From assembly GCA_964399495.1 (NCBI GenBank), contig CAYNQX010000017.1, positions 11,591 through 75,590 of the forward strand: DNA of 64,000 nt. The letters are read 5' to 3'. This document shows positions 18,980 through 27,774 of the stretch, in pieces. The position numbers were made by a program, and so were the translations under genes. The stretch is from an uncultured bacterium (GTDB lineage Bacteria > Krumholzibacteriota > Krumholzibacteriia > JACNKJ01). The notes below the pieces were generated by a model, which was not told the DNA's origin, made no database searches, and worked only from the letters and a program-made list of their open reading frames with translations. Position 1 is the stretch's first letter. Each line of letters opens with the position of its first letter.

Positions 18980-19366
18980 ATGAGCCAGGAGATCAAGTAC
19001 AGGGGCGACGTCACCCTGACCTTCGAGGTCAGCGACATCGACGCCTCGATCGAGTGGTACACCAGCCGTCTGGGCTTCGAGCTCATCTACAAGGTCGACG
19101 CCATGGCCTGGTGCGAGATGAAGGCCCCGACCGATTCCATCACCGTGGGCCTCTCCCAGCGCGAAGAGGTGAACACCGGTGGCGGCGGAGGCTGCGTGCC
19201 CGTGTGGGGCGTGGAGGACATCGACGCCGCGCGCGCGAGCCTGGAGGCGAAGGACGTGAAGTTCGACGGCGAGACCCAGGTGATTCCGGACATGGTCAAG
19301 CTGGCCACGTTCTACGACCCGGACGGCAACGCGCTCATGCTGTTCCAGCCCCTGAAGGAGGGCTAG
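18980..19366 (+). CDS. VOC-family (glyoxalase/bleomycin-resistance/dioxygenase) protein
   Basis: 128 aa; paired beta-alpha-beta-beta-beta modules, ending DPDGNALMLFQP. Confidence 0.75.
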   Translation: MSQEIKYRGDVTLTFEVSDIDASIEWYTSRLGFELIYKVDAMAWCEMKAPTDSITVGLSQREEVNTGGGGGCVPVWGVEDIDAARASLEAKDVKFDGETQVIPDMVKLATFYDPDGNALMLFQPLKEG

Positions 19367-20703
19367 GCCGGCGTCTCGTCGCCCGGATTGGGGGCCGGAT
19401 CCGCCGCCGCGGGTCCGGCCTTCTCCTTGCGCGGCGTGAGGAAGGGAATCATGAGGATCGGGATGAACGCGATCCAGGCGTCCAGGCGCAGCGTGGCGAA
19501 GTAGCCGTGGGCGTCGGCGAACTGCCCCTGCCACGCGGAGGAGTAGCTGTACATGAGGTTGCGCAGTGCCATGTAGCCCGAGAACTGCGTCGCCGCCACC
19601 AGCGGCGAGGTGAGTCCCATGAACACGGCCGCGGAGGTGCCGGCGATCAGCCCGGAGAACAGGCTGTAGGCCACCGCGACATTGCGATAGCTCTCCAGCG
19701 TCACGCCCTCCATGCCCGCGGCTCCCGTGAACTGGCCCGAGAGCCAGAAGGTCGGCAGGGTCGTGGCGGCGTACCAGATCGCGAGCATCTTGCGGTGACC
19801 CAGCCGGTCGGACACCCAGCCGCCGACCACGCAGCCGATCGCCGCGGCCACGGTGGAGTAGACGCCCAGCGCGGCGATCTGCTCCTCGGTCATGCCGAGA
19901 TCCACCTGCATGGTGCTGCCGAGCGCGAGCCCCAGGGCGAGCGCGCCGTTGGGCACCACGGCGAAGATCACGCCGAGCAGCGGACCCTTGCCGGAGCGGA
20001 AGAAGCCGCGACCCAGTTCGATCACGTAGGTCTTGAACTGGAGCCAGATGGCGTGAACCAGCTCCGCGCCGCTCTTCACCGCCTCGCCCGTCGCCACCAG
20101 GGCGCGCTGGGGTTCCTCGAGGCGCATCGACACGGCGAAGAGAATCAGAGCCAGCATGCCGCAGACGAAGGGGTAGCTGGCGCTGAAACCGAAGGTGCCC
20201 GCGATCCACAGCGCTCCGCTGCCGCCGATGGCCTGGCCCAGGTAGCTCGCGCCGAACATGAAGCCGTTGGCCACCCCCCGCTCCTTCTCGGGCAGCACGT
20301 TCACCGCCAGCGCGTCGATGGCGATGTCCTGGGTGGCCGCGAACACGTTGTGCACGATGATGAGCAGGGTGAGCAGCTTCAGGTTCGCGCCGGGGTCGAT
20401 GAACCAGACCAGCAGCAGCGTGAGGATCATCATCGTCTGGGCCGAGACGATCCAGAAGCGGAAGTGTCCGAAGCGACGCAGGTTCACCAGGTCGACGATC
20501 GGCGCCCACAGCGGCTTGAAGGCCCAGGGAGCGTAGAGGCTGCCGATGAACAGGCCGATCTCCGTCAGGCCCACGCCTGACTGCCGCAGGTAGGTGGCGA
20601 GCGCGGTGGCGCTGAAGCCGAAGGGGATCCCCTCGGTGAGGTAGAGCAGGCTGAAGGCCGTCAGGCGGCCGCGGCGGCTGGCGAGTACGTTCTTGGGCAG
20701 CAT
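19363..20703 (-). CDS. AmpG-family MFS transporter (muropeptide permease-like)
   Basis: LYLTEGIPFGFSATALATYLRQSGVGLTEIGLF...PWAFKPLWAPIVD matches the AmpG signature; about 12 TM segments. Confidence 0.7.
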   Translation of the reverse strand: MLPKNVLASRRGRLTAFSLLYLTEGIPFGFSATALATYLRQSGVGLTEIGLFIGSLYAPWAFKPLWAPIVDLVNLRRFGHFRFWIVSAQTMMILTLLLVWFIDPGANLKLLTLLIIVHNVFAATQDIAIDALAVNVLPEKERGVANGFMFGASYLGQAIGGSGALWIAGTFGFSASYPFVCGMLALILFAVSMRLEEPQRALVATGEAVKSGAELVHAIWLQFKTYVIELGRGFFRSGKGPLLGVIFAVVPNGALALGLALGSTMQVDLGMTEEQIAALGVYSTVAAAIGCVVGGWVSDRLGHRKMLAIWYAATTLPTFWLSGQFTGAAGMEGVTLESYRNVAVAYSLFSGLIAGTSAAVFMGLTSPLVAATQFSGYMALRNLMYSYSSAWQGQFADAHGYFATLRLDAWIAFIPILMIPFLTPRKEKAGPAAADPAPNPGDETPA

Positions 20704-20756
20704 CCGGGGAATCTAGCCCATGGGCGTCCGAAGTCGGAAGCACAATCCCCGCGGGC

Positions 20757-22724
20757 TCAGGCCCGCGTGTTCACGAAGTTGCCCAGGGAGCCCATGCGCG
20801 CGCCCAGGTCGCGCAGCGCCTGGTCGATCACCGCCCGCATCTCCGTCAGGCTTCCCTCGCCCCCGCCCTCGCCCTGCACCATCGTGACGAGACGCTGCGT
20901 GCCCTCGTGGCTCGAGAGTTCGCGGGCGAGCCGCCCGCGGTCGAGGCTCAGGCGCGGCCGGTCGCCCGGCAGGCCCGCGCTCGTCCTGATGGTGTTGCCG
21001 ACGCCGGTCCGCATCAGGGATCGGATGCTGGACTGCACCATTCCCATGAGGTCGGCGCTCGCGCCCCAGGAACTCGAGCCGAGCTCGCTGAGCGGCTCGA
21101 GCGCCGCCGAGAGCGACGAGGCGATGCGGGACGAGGCCGCGGGCGGCAGGCGCCCGGCCCGCAGATCGCCGCGGGGCCGATGGCGCCCCTCCTCGATGTG
21201 CAGCGCGGTGAACAGGCCCGTCCCCTGGCTGTCGAGGTCCAGGTTCTCGCCGGCGTCCCCCCCCACGATCCGGATGCGCTGCCCGTCGGCGCTCCAGCTC
21301 GCGATGACGTCCGCGCTCGAGGCGTTGATGCGGTCGACCAGGTCGACGAGGCTGTCGGCGTTCACGTCGAGCGCGATACTCTCCCCGTTCACCAGGAAGG
21401 CCCCCGAGCTGACCCCCGCGAACATGGGCAGCTCGGCCAGAGCCTGATCCTGGCTGCCGTCCTGCCCGGGAATGGCGACGGCCGTGGTGAGCTTCATGGC
21501 GGCGAGGAAGCCGGAGCTGTCGCCGGCGAGTACGATGTCGTGGCTCGAGCCCATGGACTCGTGGGTGAAGAACACCGTCTCGGTGAACGCGTCGAAGGCC
21601 GCGATGACGTTCGCGTCGGCCAGATTGATGCGGCCCAGCACGTCGTGGATGCTGTCGGAGGCGCTCACCGCGATCTCGACGCCGTTCACGAAGAAGGAGC
21701 CGTCCGCGACGGCAAGGCCGTCCTGGAGGAGCGCATCCTCCGAGCCCACGCCGTCCATCGCCCGGGTGGGATCGACCTGGGTGGCCGAGCTCGCGTCGAC
21801 GTCGAGCGTGAAGGAGGATCCCTCGGCGAGGGAGCCCGCGCCGAGCTGGAAGGTGATGCCGTTGTCCAGGGTGTAGACCGCGTCGATGGCGTCGCCGGCG
21901 TTCACGTTGATCGTGTCGATCCGGGTGGAGGCGCCGTCGTAGACGTAGAGCCGCAGGTTGTCCGCGCCGTGCTCGCCGCCCGTGTCCACCTCGATGCGCA
22001 GGGTGTCCGTGCCGTTCGTGCCGTCGTAGACGCCGTCGAGAACCGCCGCGGCGGTGTTGCCCTGCCACGCCGGAGCGAGCGGCGTGGTGGCGCCGGGATC
22101 GGTCGCGTCCACGCTCACCTTGAACAGATCGCCCTCCAGCATGTCACCCGCGCCGAAGGTGAGTTCGAGGCCGTTGCCCAGCGTGTAGACGCGATCGATC
22201 GCGTGATTCCGGTGCACGACGATCTGCTCGACGAAGGCCATGCCGGGATCGTAGACGTCGATGCGGATGTTCGCCGAACCGTGGGTGCCGCCCTGGTCCA
22301 CCTGGAACGTGAGATCCCCGGTGCCGTCGGAGCCGTCGTAGTTGCCGCCGACCGCGACCGACGCCGTCGACCCGCTCCAGTCCGGCCCCCGATCGCCCAT
22401 GGAGGTGGCCTCCATGTTGATCTCCTCGGTCGACCGCAGGGTCGTGGCCCGGGTGACGGAGCCGAGCCCGAGATCCATGGCGGACGAAACCCTGGCCGGC
22501 TTCGACGCGCTCCCGGAACGCGGTGCGGTGTCCCGCACGATCCGGTCGAGAGAGGCGAGCCGCAGGGAGAGTTCGCCCAGAGTGCCGCGCGCGCGGATCA
22601 GGCTCGACCAGTCCTGCCCCACCGCGGTCGCGTCCACCTGCCGGGACGACGCGTAGGGAGCCGGGGGCTTCACCTGGATGAATCCCCTCGAGAAGGGCGA
22701 CACCGTGTCGGTGAGAAACCTCAT
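20757..22724 (-). CDS. Secreted/filament-cap-like protein with two flagellin-hook 'IN' motifs (FliD-like; no other flagellar genes in this window)
   Basis: Repeats FFVNGVEIAVSASDSIHDVLGRINLADANVIAAF and FLVNGESIALDVNADSLVDLVDRINASSADVIASW match the Flagellin_IN / FliD repeat. The likely start is the ATG at 22724, preceded by AGGAG; the track ORF extends to 22958. Confidence 0.35.
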   Translation of the reverse strand: MRFLTDTVSPFSRGFIQVKPPAPYASSRQVDATAVGQDWSSLIRARGTLGELSLRLASLDRIVRDTAPRSGSASKPARVSSAMDLGLGSVTRATTLRSTEEINMEATSMGDRGPDWSGSTASVAVGGNYDGSDGTGDLTFQVDQGGTHGSANIRIDVYDPGMAFVEQIVVHRNHAIDRVYTLGNGLELTFGAGDMLEGDLFKVSVDATDPGATTPLAPAWQGNTAAAVLDGVYDGTNGTDTLRIEVDTGGEHGADNLRLYVYDGASTRIDTINVNAGDAIDAVYTLDNGITFQLGAGSLAEGSSFTLDVDASSATQVDPTRAMDGVGSEDALLQDGLAVADGSFFVNGVEIAVSASDSIHDVLGRINLADANVIAAFDAFTETVFFTHESMGSSHDIVLAGDSSGFLAAMKLTTAVAIPGQDGSQDQALAELPMFAGVSSGAFLVNGESIALDVNADSLVDLVDRINASSADVIASWSADGQRIRIVGGDAGENLDLDSQGTGLFTALHIEEGRHRPRGDLRAGRLPPAASSRIASSLSAALEPLSELGSSSWGASADLMGMVQSSIRSLMRTGVGNTIRTSAGLPGDRPRLSLDRGRLARELSSHEGTQRLVTMVQGEGGGEGSLTEMRAVIDQALRDLGARMGSLGNFVNTRA

Positions 22725-23056
22725 CGCGGAACCCGCTCCTTCCCGGTTCGGGGTCGATTCTTCCGCTCTCCCACCCGCGCCCGCGACTCCCGGTGGCTTC
22801 GAGTCGCGGTTCGACCTGTCCGGCAAGGGCCGGAGCAGAGCGGGTTTCGCACCGGTGGGAAGGATTTGCCTCGCAGAGCACGTACCCGGGAACCCGGTTC
22901 CTCCTGGCGTCGCCTGATGGCGGAGCGCGGCCCCGGCGCGGGCAAGCTGCAATCGCATCTGATGCTAAAGGCATGGGCGCCGGACAATGATTACATTTAT
23001 TTAATATACCCGGGTCCAGGGCAGACGTACGGACTGGCAACGAACGCGATCCGGGA

Positions 23057-23452
23057 TCAGTCCTCGCTCGGGGCGATGACCTCCAGCTTGATCCGGTCGG
23101 GATCCTCGCAGAACAGGGCGTAGTAGTCCGGGGCGGTGGCGAAGGGGTAGCGATCGTCGTAGAGCAGCGTGTGGCCGGACTCCGCCACCCACTTCCTCAT
23201 CTCGTCGACGTGCTCGCGCGACCTCGCCCTGAAGGCCAGGTGGTTCATCCCCACGCGCTTCCGGTGGTAACCGGCTGCGAGATGCTCGTCCGGCGCCTGA
23301 AGCAAGCAGAGGTAGGGACCCTCCTCCCCCGCGAAGTAGTTGATGCCGCCCGACCATCGCTCGGCCGTGTAGCCGAGCCGCTCCAGGAACGGCGACCAGA
23401 ACGCGACGGCGCGCTCCAGGTCGCTCACGTAAAGCTCGACGTGATGCAGCAT
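23057..23452 (-). CDS. VOC-family protein (glyoxalase-like)
   Basis: 131 aa. HHVELYVSDLERAVAFW ... HLAF...; two beta-alpha-beta-beta-beta modules. Confidence 0.75.
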   Translation of the reverse strand: MLHHVELYVSDLERAVAFWSPFLERLGYTAERWSGGINYFAGEEGPYLCLLQAPDEHLAAGYHRKRVGMNHLAFRARSREHVDEMRKWVAESGHTLLYDDRYPFATAPDYYALFCEDPDRIKLEVIAPSED

Positions 23453-23544
23453 CTAGGACCTCCGCTCCTCGCCGGTTCGGCACCTTGTACACGAAGGGCC
23501 GCGTCTCACGGCGCGGCCCTTCGCGGATAGTTCACGGGATGCCG

Positions 23545-24720
23545 CTAGGGCTTGGCGGTGAGATGCGCGGGCAGCTCCGCCTCGGCGGGCCAGTCCGCGG
23601 GCAGGTTCTGGTCGGGCGTCTCCCCCAGCTTCTCCTTTTTCCTGGCCAGGCCGGGCCGGCCGAACTTCGGATGGCCCTCCTTCAGCGTCCGACCGTTGAT
23701 CGGCGCCTCGGCGCGGGTGCGGAAGCCGACGGTCTTGTCCATCTGGCGGCCGAGCTTCAGGATCTTGTCCACGTCCCAGCCGTGCTCGATGCCCATCTCG
23801 TCGATCTGCACGAGCAGGTCCTCGGTGCAGATCAGGCCGACGTAGCGCGGGTCGTCGTAGTAGTACTCGCCGGTGCCGGGCACGGGGCTGTCGTCGAGGA
23901 AGTTGGCCGGCTGTCCGCCGAGGCCGCCGATCGTCGACTCGAAGTGGTTGATGCCCGCCTGCAGCGCCGCCAGCACGGAGGCGGAGGCCACGCGCTTCGT
24001 CTCGTGGAAATGCGCGATGTGCAGCGCGGGGTCGGGCAGGGCGTCCAGGGTCATGGCGAAGTAGCGGTAGACGTCCGGCGCCGAGGCGCTGCCGTCGTGG
24101 TCGGCATGCTCGATGTCGGTGGCGCCGATCGACAGCCAGCGCTTGGTGAACTCGACCGCATCGGCGAGTTCCGTCGCTCCACCAATGGGGCTGCCCCAGA
24201 TCGTGCTCACGGTGCCGCACATCTGCATGCCGGCGTCGCGGCACTTCTTGATGCTGCGCTCGCACTCCTTCCAGTACTCGGGCAGGGTGCAGCCGCTGTT
24301 GGCGAAGTGGTGCTGCTCCTCGGTGGACACCATCATCAGCAGGCGGTCGGGGCCGATGCCCTTCTCCTTCAGCTCGATGGCGCGGTCCACGGCGGTCTCG
24401 CGGATCGTGATGCAGGTCATCACCACATCGTCGATGTTGATGCCGCGCTTCTCGCAGCGCTTCCGGAAGCGGTCGCTCTTCAGGTGCGTCAGCAGCTCCT
24501 CCGCGTCCTCGAACTGCGGCATGAGGTAGGGATTGCCGAGGTTGGTGACCTCGAGGTTCCTGCAGCCGGCGAAGATGAGCTGCTCGAGGTAGTACTTCTT
24601 CGCCCGCGTGGAGATGAAGGTCTCCAGGTGCTGAAAGCCGTCGCGCACGGTGATGTCGCCGATGGTGACCCGCTTCGGCATGCGGGGGAAAACCTTCCAG
24701 AAATCGTACTCGGTGCTCAT
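23545..24720 (-). CDS. HMGL-like / pyruvate carboxyltransferase (DRE-TIM) domain protein
   Basis: 391 aa. VTIGDITVRDGFQ and HFHETKRVASASVLAALQAG are typical of the HMG-CoA lyase / 4-hydroxy-2-oxovalerate aldolase family. Slightly lower GC than its neighbours. Confidence 0.7.
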   Translation of the reverse strand: MSTEYDFWKVFPRMPKRVTIGDITVRDGFQHLETFISTRAKKYYLEQLIFAGCRNLEVTNLGNPYLMPQFEDAEELLTHLKSDRFRKRCEKRGINIDDVVMTCITIRETAVDRAIELKEKGIGPDRLLMMVSTEEQHHFANSGCTLPEYWKECERSIKKCRDAGMQMCGTVSTIWGSPIGGATELADAVEFTKRWLSIGATDIEHADHDGSASAPDVYRYFAMTLDALPDPALHIAHFHETKRVASASVLAALQAGINHFESTIGGLGGQPANFLDDSPVPGTGEYYYDDPRYVGLICTEDLLVQIDEMGIEHGWDVDKILKLGRQMDKTVGFRTRAEAPINGRTLKEGHPKFGRPGLARKKEKLGETPDQNLPADWPAEAELPAHLTAKP

Positions 24721-24820
24721 GTCCTCTCCTTGTCCCTTCTTGTCCCTACCCCGCGTGGTTTCGCGCCGGGGAAGAGCATTTTAATCACTGCGCGGGCGCA
24801 GGTCAATCGGGTGCGAAAGA

Positions 24821-25357
24821 CTACCAGCGCGCATCGACGCGCAGCCCCAGGGCTCCCGGCTCCACGAACGGCATGAGAGCGAGATCGTGATGCCGGTCCG
24901 CCAGCAGCATGCTGCACAGGACGCCCAAGGCGGCGCCGGCCAGGACGTCCTCCACGTAGTGCTTCTCGGCGTCGACCCGGCTGTAACCGGTGAAGGCCGC
25001 GCCCAGATACAGGGGCCCGGCGTACATCAGGCCGTAGCGGATATGAACGAAGGAAGCGCCCTGGAAGGACACCGAGGTGTGGCCCGAGGGGAAGGAGTAG
25101 GGCTCGCCGTTCGGCCGCTCCTTGTTCACGGCGTATTTCAGGGCGTAGGTCGCGGCCATGTTGGCGGCGAAGGAGAAGTAGAGCTGGCGGCGGCCCTCGG
25201 CGTCGTCCGCGAGGAAGGTCGCCCCGTAGGCGGCGGCGGGAATGGCGATGCGCAGGGCGTCGCCGGTGGTCTCGACGCCGCTCTTCGCCGCGGCGCTCCC
25301 CGCCGGCGTCAGGAAGAGGGCGAGCGCCAGGAGGAGAGTCAGTCGCAAGCCTTGCAT
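24821..25357 (-). CDS. PAP2-family acid phosphatase (secreted)
   Basis: Motifs KERPNGEPYSFPSGHTS and SRVDAEKHYVEDVLAGAALG. The start is the internal Met MQGLRLTLLLALALF (signal peptide); the track ORF is over-extended to 25735. Confidence 0.75.
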   Translation of the reverse strand: MQGLRLTLLLALALFLTPAGSAAAKSGVETTGDALRIAIPAAAYGATFLADDAEGRRQLYFSFAANMAATYALKYAVNKERPNGEPYSFPSGHTSVSFQGASFVHIRYGLMYAGPLYLGAAFTGYSRVDAEKHYVEDVLAGAALGVLCSMLLADRHHDLALMPFVEPGALGLRVDARW

Positions 25358-25791
25358 CCCCTGTCGAAGATCACGCGCCAGGCGCCGTCGGGCTCGAGAC
25401 GCCAGATCGAGTTGAATATGGCGATCACCTCGCCCTCGGCGTTGCGCACGGGGCCGGAACTCAGCGCGAGGGTGCCGGAGTCCAGCACCTCCACGACCTC
25501 CGGCTCCCAGGAGAAAGGTGCCTCCTCGCCCTCGTACAGACTCCTCCAGGCCTCGGCCACCCGCTCCCTGCCGCGCAGCGGCGCATCGCCGGAGAAGAAG
25601 ATCGTCTCCTCGGCGAGGAATGAACGGAAGGCCTCGTGGTCGCGGTCGGCCATCGTCTTCGCGAAGGCCCGTTCCGTTTCGCGCACCTGCCGGGCGAGGT
25701 CGTCGATATCCAGTCTGGGGGTCATGGATGCACATCCCGTGAGTGTGAACAGGCCGACAATCGCACAGATGACAGCCAGACGCATGAGCAT
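25339..25791 (-). CDS. Lipoprotein with an NTF2-like/SnoaL-like (DUF4440-type) fold
   Basis: Lipobox LTGC in MLMRLAVICAIVGLFTLTGC. About 130 aa, with the alpha+beta cone pattern typical of NTF2-like proteins. Confidence 0.45.
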   Translation of the reverse strand: MLMRLAVICAIVGLFTLTGCASMTPRLDIDDLARQVRETERAFAKTMADRDHEAFRSFLAEETIFFSGDAPLRGRERVAEAWRSLYEGEEAPFSWEPEVVEVLDSGTLALSSGPVRNAEGEVIAIFNSIWRLEPDGAWRVIFDRGCKACD

Positions 25792-25818
25792 TCCTCCTCC
25801 TCGGGTGATGACCAGGGC

Positions 25819-26277
25819 TCAGTCCTCGTGCTCCCGCCGGATCTTCTGGATCATCTGGTCGAGCTGCTGCAGGAACATCGAGCGGTCCTGCTTCTTCAGG
25901 GGCGGCGGGCCGCTCGTCTTCTCGCCCATGTCACGGAGCCCCGTCATCAGGTCGCGCAGCGCCAGCGCCGTGCTGATGTTCTCCTCCGTGAATGGCCGGC
26001 CGCTCGTGCCGAGGGCCTGCGCGCCCGCCTTGATGCAGCGATCGGCCAAGGGGATGTCCGCCGTGATGACGATGTCGTTCGTCTCCACCTGCTCGGCGAT
26101 CCAGTCGTCGGCCGCGTCCGCGCCCTTCTCCACCACCTCCAGCTTGAGCCAGGGCTCACGCGGCGTGCGCATCCAGGAGTTGGCCACCAGGGTGACCTGC
26201 AGCCCGTAGCGCGCCGCGACGCGGTAGACCTCGTCCTTCACGGGGCAGGCGTCGGCGTCGATGTAGATGTGCAGCAT
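25819..26277 (-). CDS. YaiI/YqxD (UPF0178, DUF188) family protein
   Basis: N-terminal MLHIYIDADACPVKDEVY is diagnostic of UPF0178. Confidence 0.75.
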   Translation of the reverse strand: MLHIYIDADACPVKDEVYRVAARYGLQVTLVANSWMRTPREPWLKLEVVEKGADAADDWIAEQVETNDIVITADIPLADRCIKAGAQALGTSGRPFTEENISTALALRDLMTGLRDMGEKTSGPPPLKKQDRSMFLQQLDQMIQKIRREHED

Positions 26278-26292
26278 CTTCGAGGGTCTCCC

Positions 26293-26772
26293 TCAGGGCG
26301 AGGAACGAGGTTTCCAGGTCTTCGGTCGCGCCGAGCCCGGCTGATAGAGCGGATGCGCCGGCTCGCCCGACTTGTTCATCTTCAGGCATCTCATCTCGGG
26401 AATCGCCGCACCCACGATCCGCGAGCGATCCAGAAACGCGCCGTCGTTGCCCCAGGCGGCCACGACGAGCTCCGCCTCCGCGGCAAGCTTTCCCAACCAG
26501 CGATCGTTCTCGGGGCCGACCGGATCGGCCGCGGCCTTCAGGTCCGCAGGGTAGGTGGCGCGAAAGGCGAAGAGGTTCGCCACGGTGACGCCCCCGTAGC
26601 CCCAGTCGCGGGCGAAGCCGATGCAGCGGCGGATCGTGGGGTCGTCCCGCGCCTCGTCGGCGGTCGAGGGATTGAGACCGATGAACAGCGCCCGGGGGAG
26701 CGCCTCGTCCCAGACCCGCCAGAGGGCGTAGCGGTAGGTCCTGCAATTCGAAAACGCGGCGTCGGTGCGCAT
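26293..26772 (-). CDS. DUF1643-family protein
   Basis: CRTYRYALWRVWDE...LFIGLNPSTADE...VAAWG pattern. Start taken at MRTDAAF (GGAGG upstream); the alternative MASAGL start is at 26841. Confidence 0.5.
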   Translation of the reverse strand: MRTDAAFSNCRTYRYALWRVWDEALPRALFIGLNPSTADEARDDPTIRRCIGFARDWGYGGVTVANLFAFRATYPADLKAAADPVGPENDRWLGKLAAEAELVVAAWGNDGAFLDRSRIVGAAIPEMRCLKMNKSGEPAHPLYQPGSARPKTWKPRSSP

Positions 26773-27047
26773 CGTCCTCCCGGGTGGATCCGAGTACCGG
26801 AGGGCGAAGGTATCAGGAATCGCGAGGCCGGCGGAAGCCATGAAACGAAAACGACCCCGCCACTCCGAACATGACCGGGGCCGAATCCTCACATCGGTCA
26901 TGCGATCGACGGGAAAAAAAAGGAACCCGACCCACCGGGGGAAAACGGCGTGACGCGAGCGGTCCATCGTCGCGACGTGGTCGGGAACCTTGTGTAGAGG
27001 ATGGCGGAAATCCGGCCCGCCGACCATTCGGCAGATGACCTATTCGC

Positions 27048-27707
27048 TCAGATGAGGCGGTGACGCGAGGCCTTCTTCACGGCCCGCATCTTGTTGTTCA
27101 CCTGCAGCTTCCGGTAGATGTTCTCGATGTGCTTGCGCACGGTGGAGGGCGAGATGAAGAGGTTCGCCGCGATCTCCTTGTACTCGAGGCCCTGGCTGAG
27201 CTGCTCGAGCACCTCGATCTCCCGCGGGCTGAGGCCGAACTCCTCGCCCTCGGCCTCCTTCTGCGCCTCGGCGCGCGTGGGATCCCGGAGCAGATCCAGG
27301 GACTTCGCGGCGATGGTGGGAGACATCGGCGCGCCGCCCTCCATGAGCAGGCGCAGGCCGTCGCGGATCGCCTCGGGCGGCTCGTCCTTGAGCAGGTAGC
27401 CCATGGCCCCCGCCTGGATGGCCTGCAGGATCCGCTGGTCGTCGTCGAAGACCGTGAGCATCATCACCTTCACGTGGGGGAAGCGCTCGGTCACGGCGGC
27501 GGTGGCGGCGATGCCGTCGACGTCGGGCATCTCGATGTCCATCAGGATCGCGTCCACGCCCGCGTGCTCCTCCAGGCGCTCGAGCAGCTCCCGGCCGTTG
27601 CCGGCATGGAAGCGGAACTCGATCTCGTCCGCGAAGAGCGCGAGCTTCTCCTTGATGGCGCGGGCGAGAAACGACTTGTCCTCGGCGAGGGCGACGCGCA
27701 ACTTCAT
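27048..27707 (-). CDS. NarL/LuxR-family response regulator
   Basis: Receiver domain (LAEDK...DAILMDIEMPDVDG...MLTVFDD) followed by LuxR helix-turn-helix (LSPREIEVLEQLSQGLEYKEIAANLFISPSTVRKHIENIYRKL). Start at MKLRV with a GAAGGAG RBS. Confidence 0.85.
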   Translation of the reverse strand: MKLRVALAEDKSFLARAIKEKLALFADEIEFRFHAGNGRELLERLEEHAGVDAILMDIEMPDVDGIAATAAVTERFPHVKVMMLTVFDDDQRILQAIQAGAMGYLLKDEPPEAIRDGLRLLMEGGAPMSPTIAAKSLDLLRDPTRAEAQKEAEGEEFGLSPREIEVLEQLSQGLEYKEIAANLFISPSTVRKHIENIYRKLQVNNKMRAVKKASRHRLI

Positions 27708-27774
27708 CCTGGGCTCCTTCATGCTTCCCCCAAGTGTAGGCGAAGACGCGAGACCGGGCCATCCGGCAGATGGC

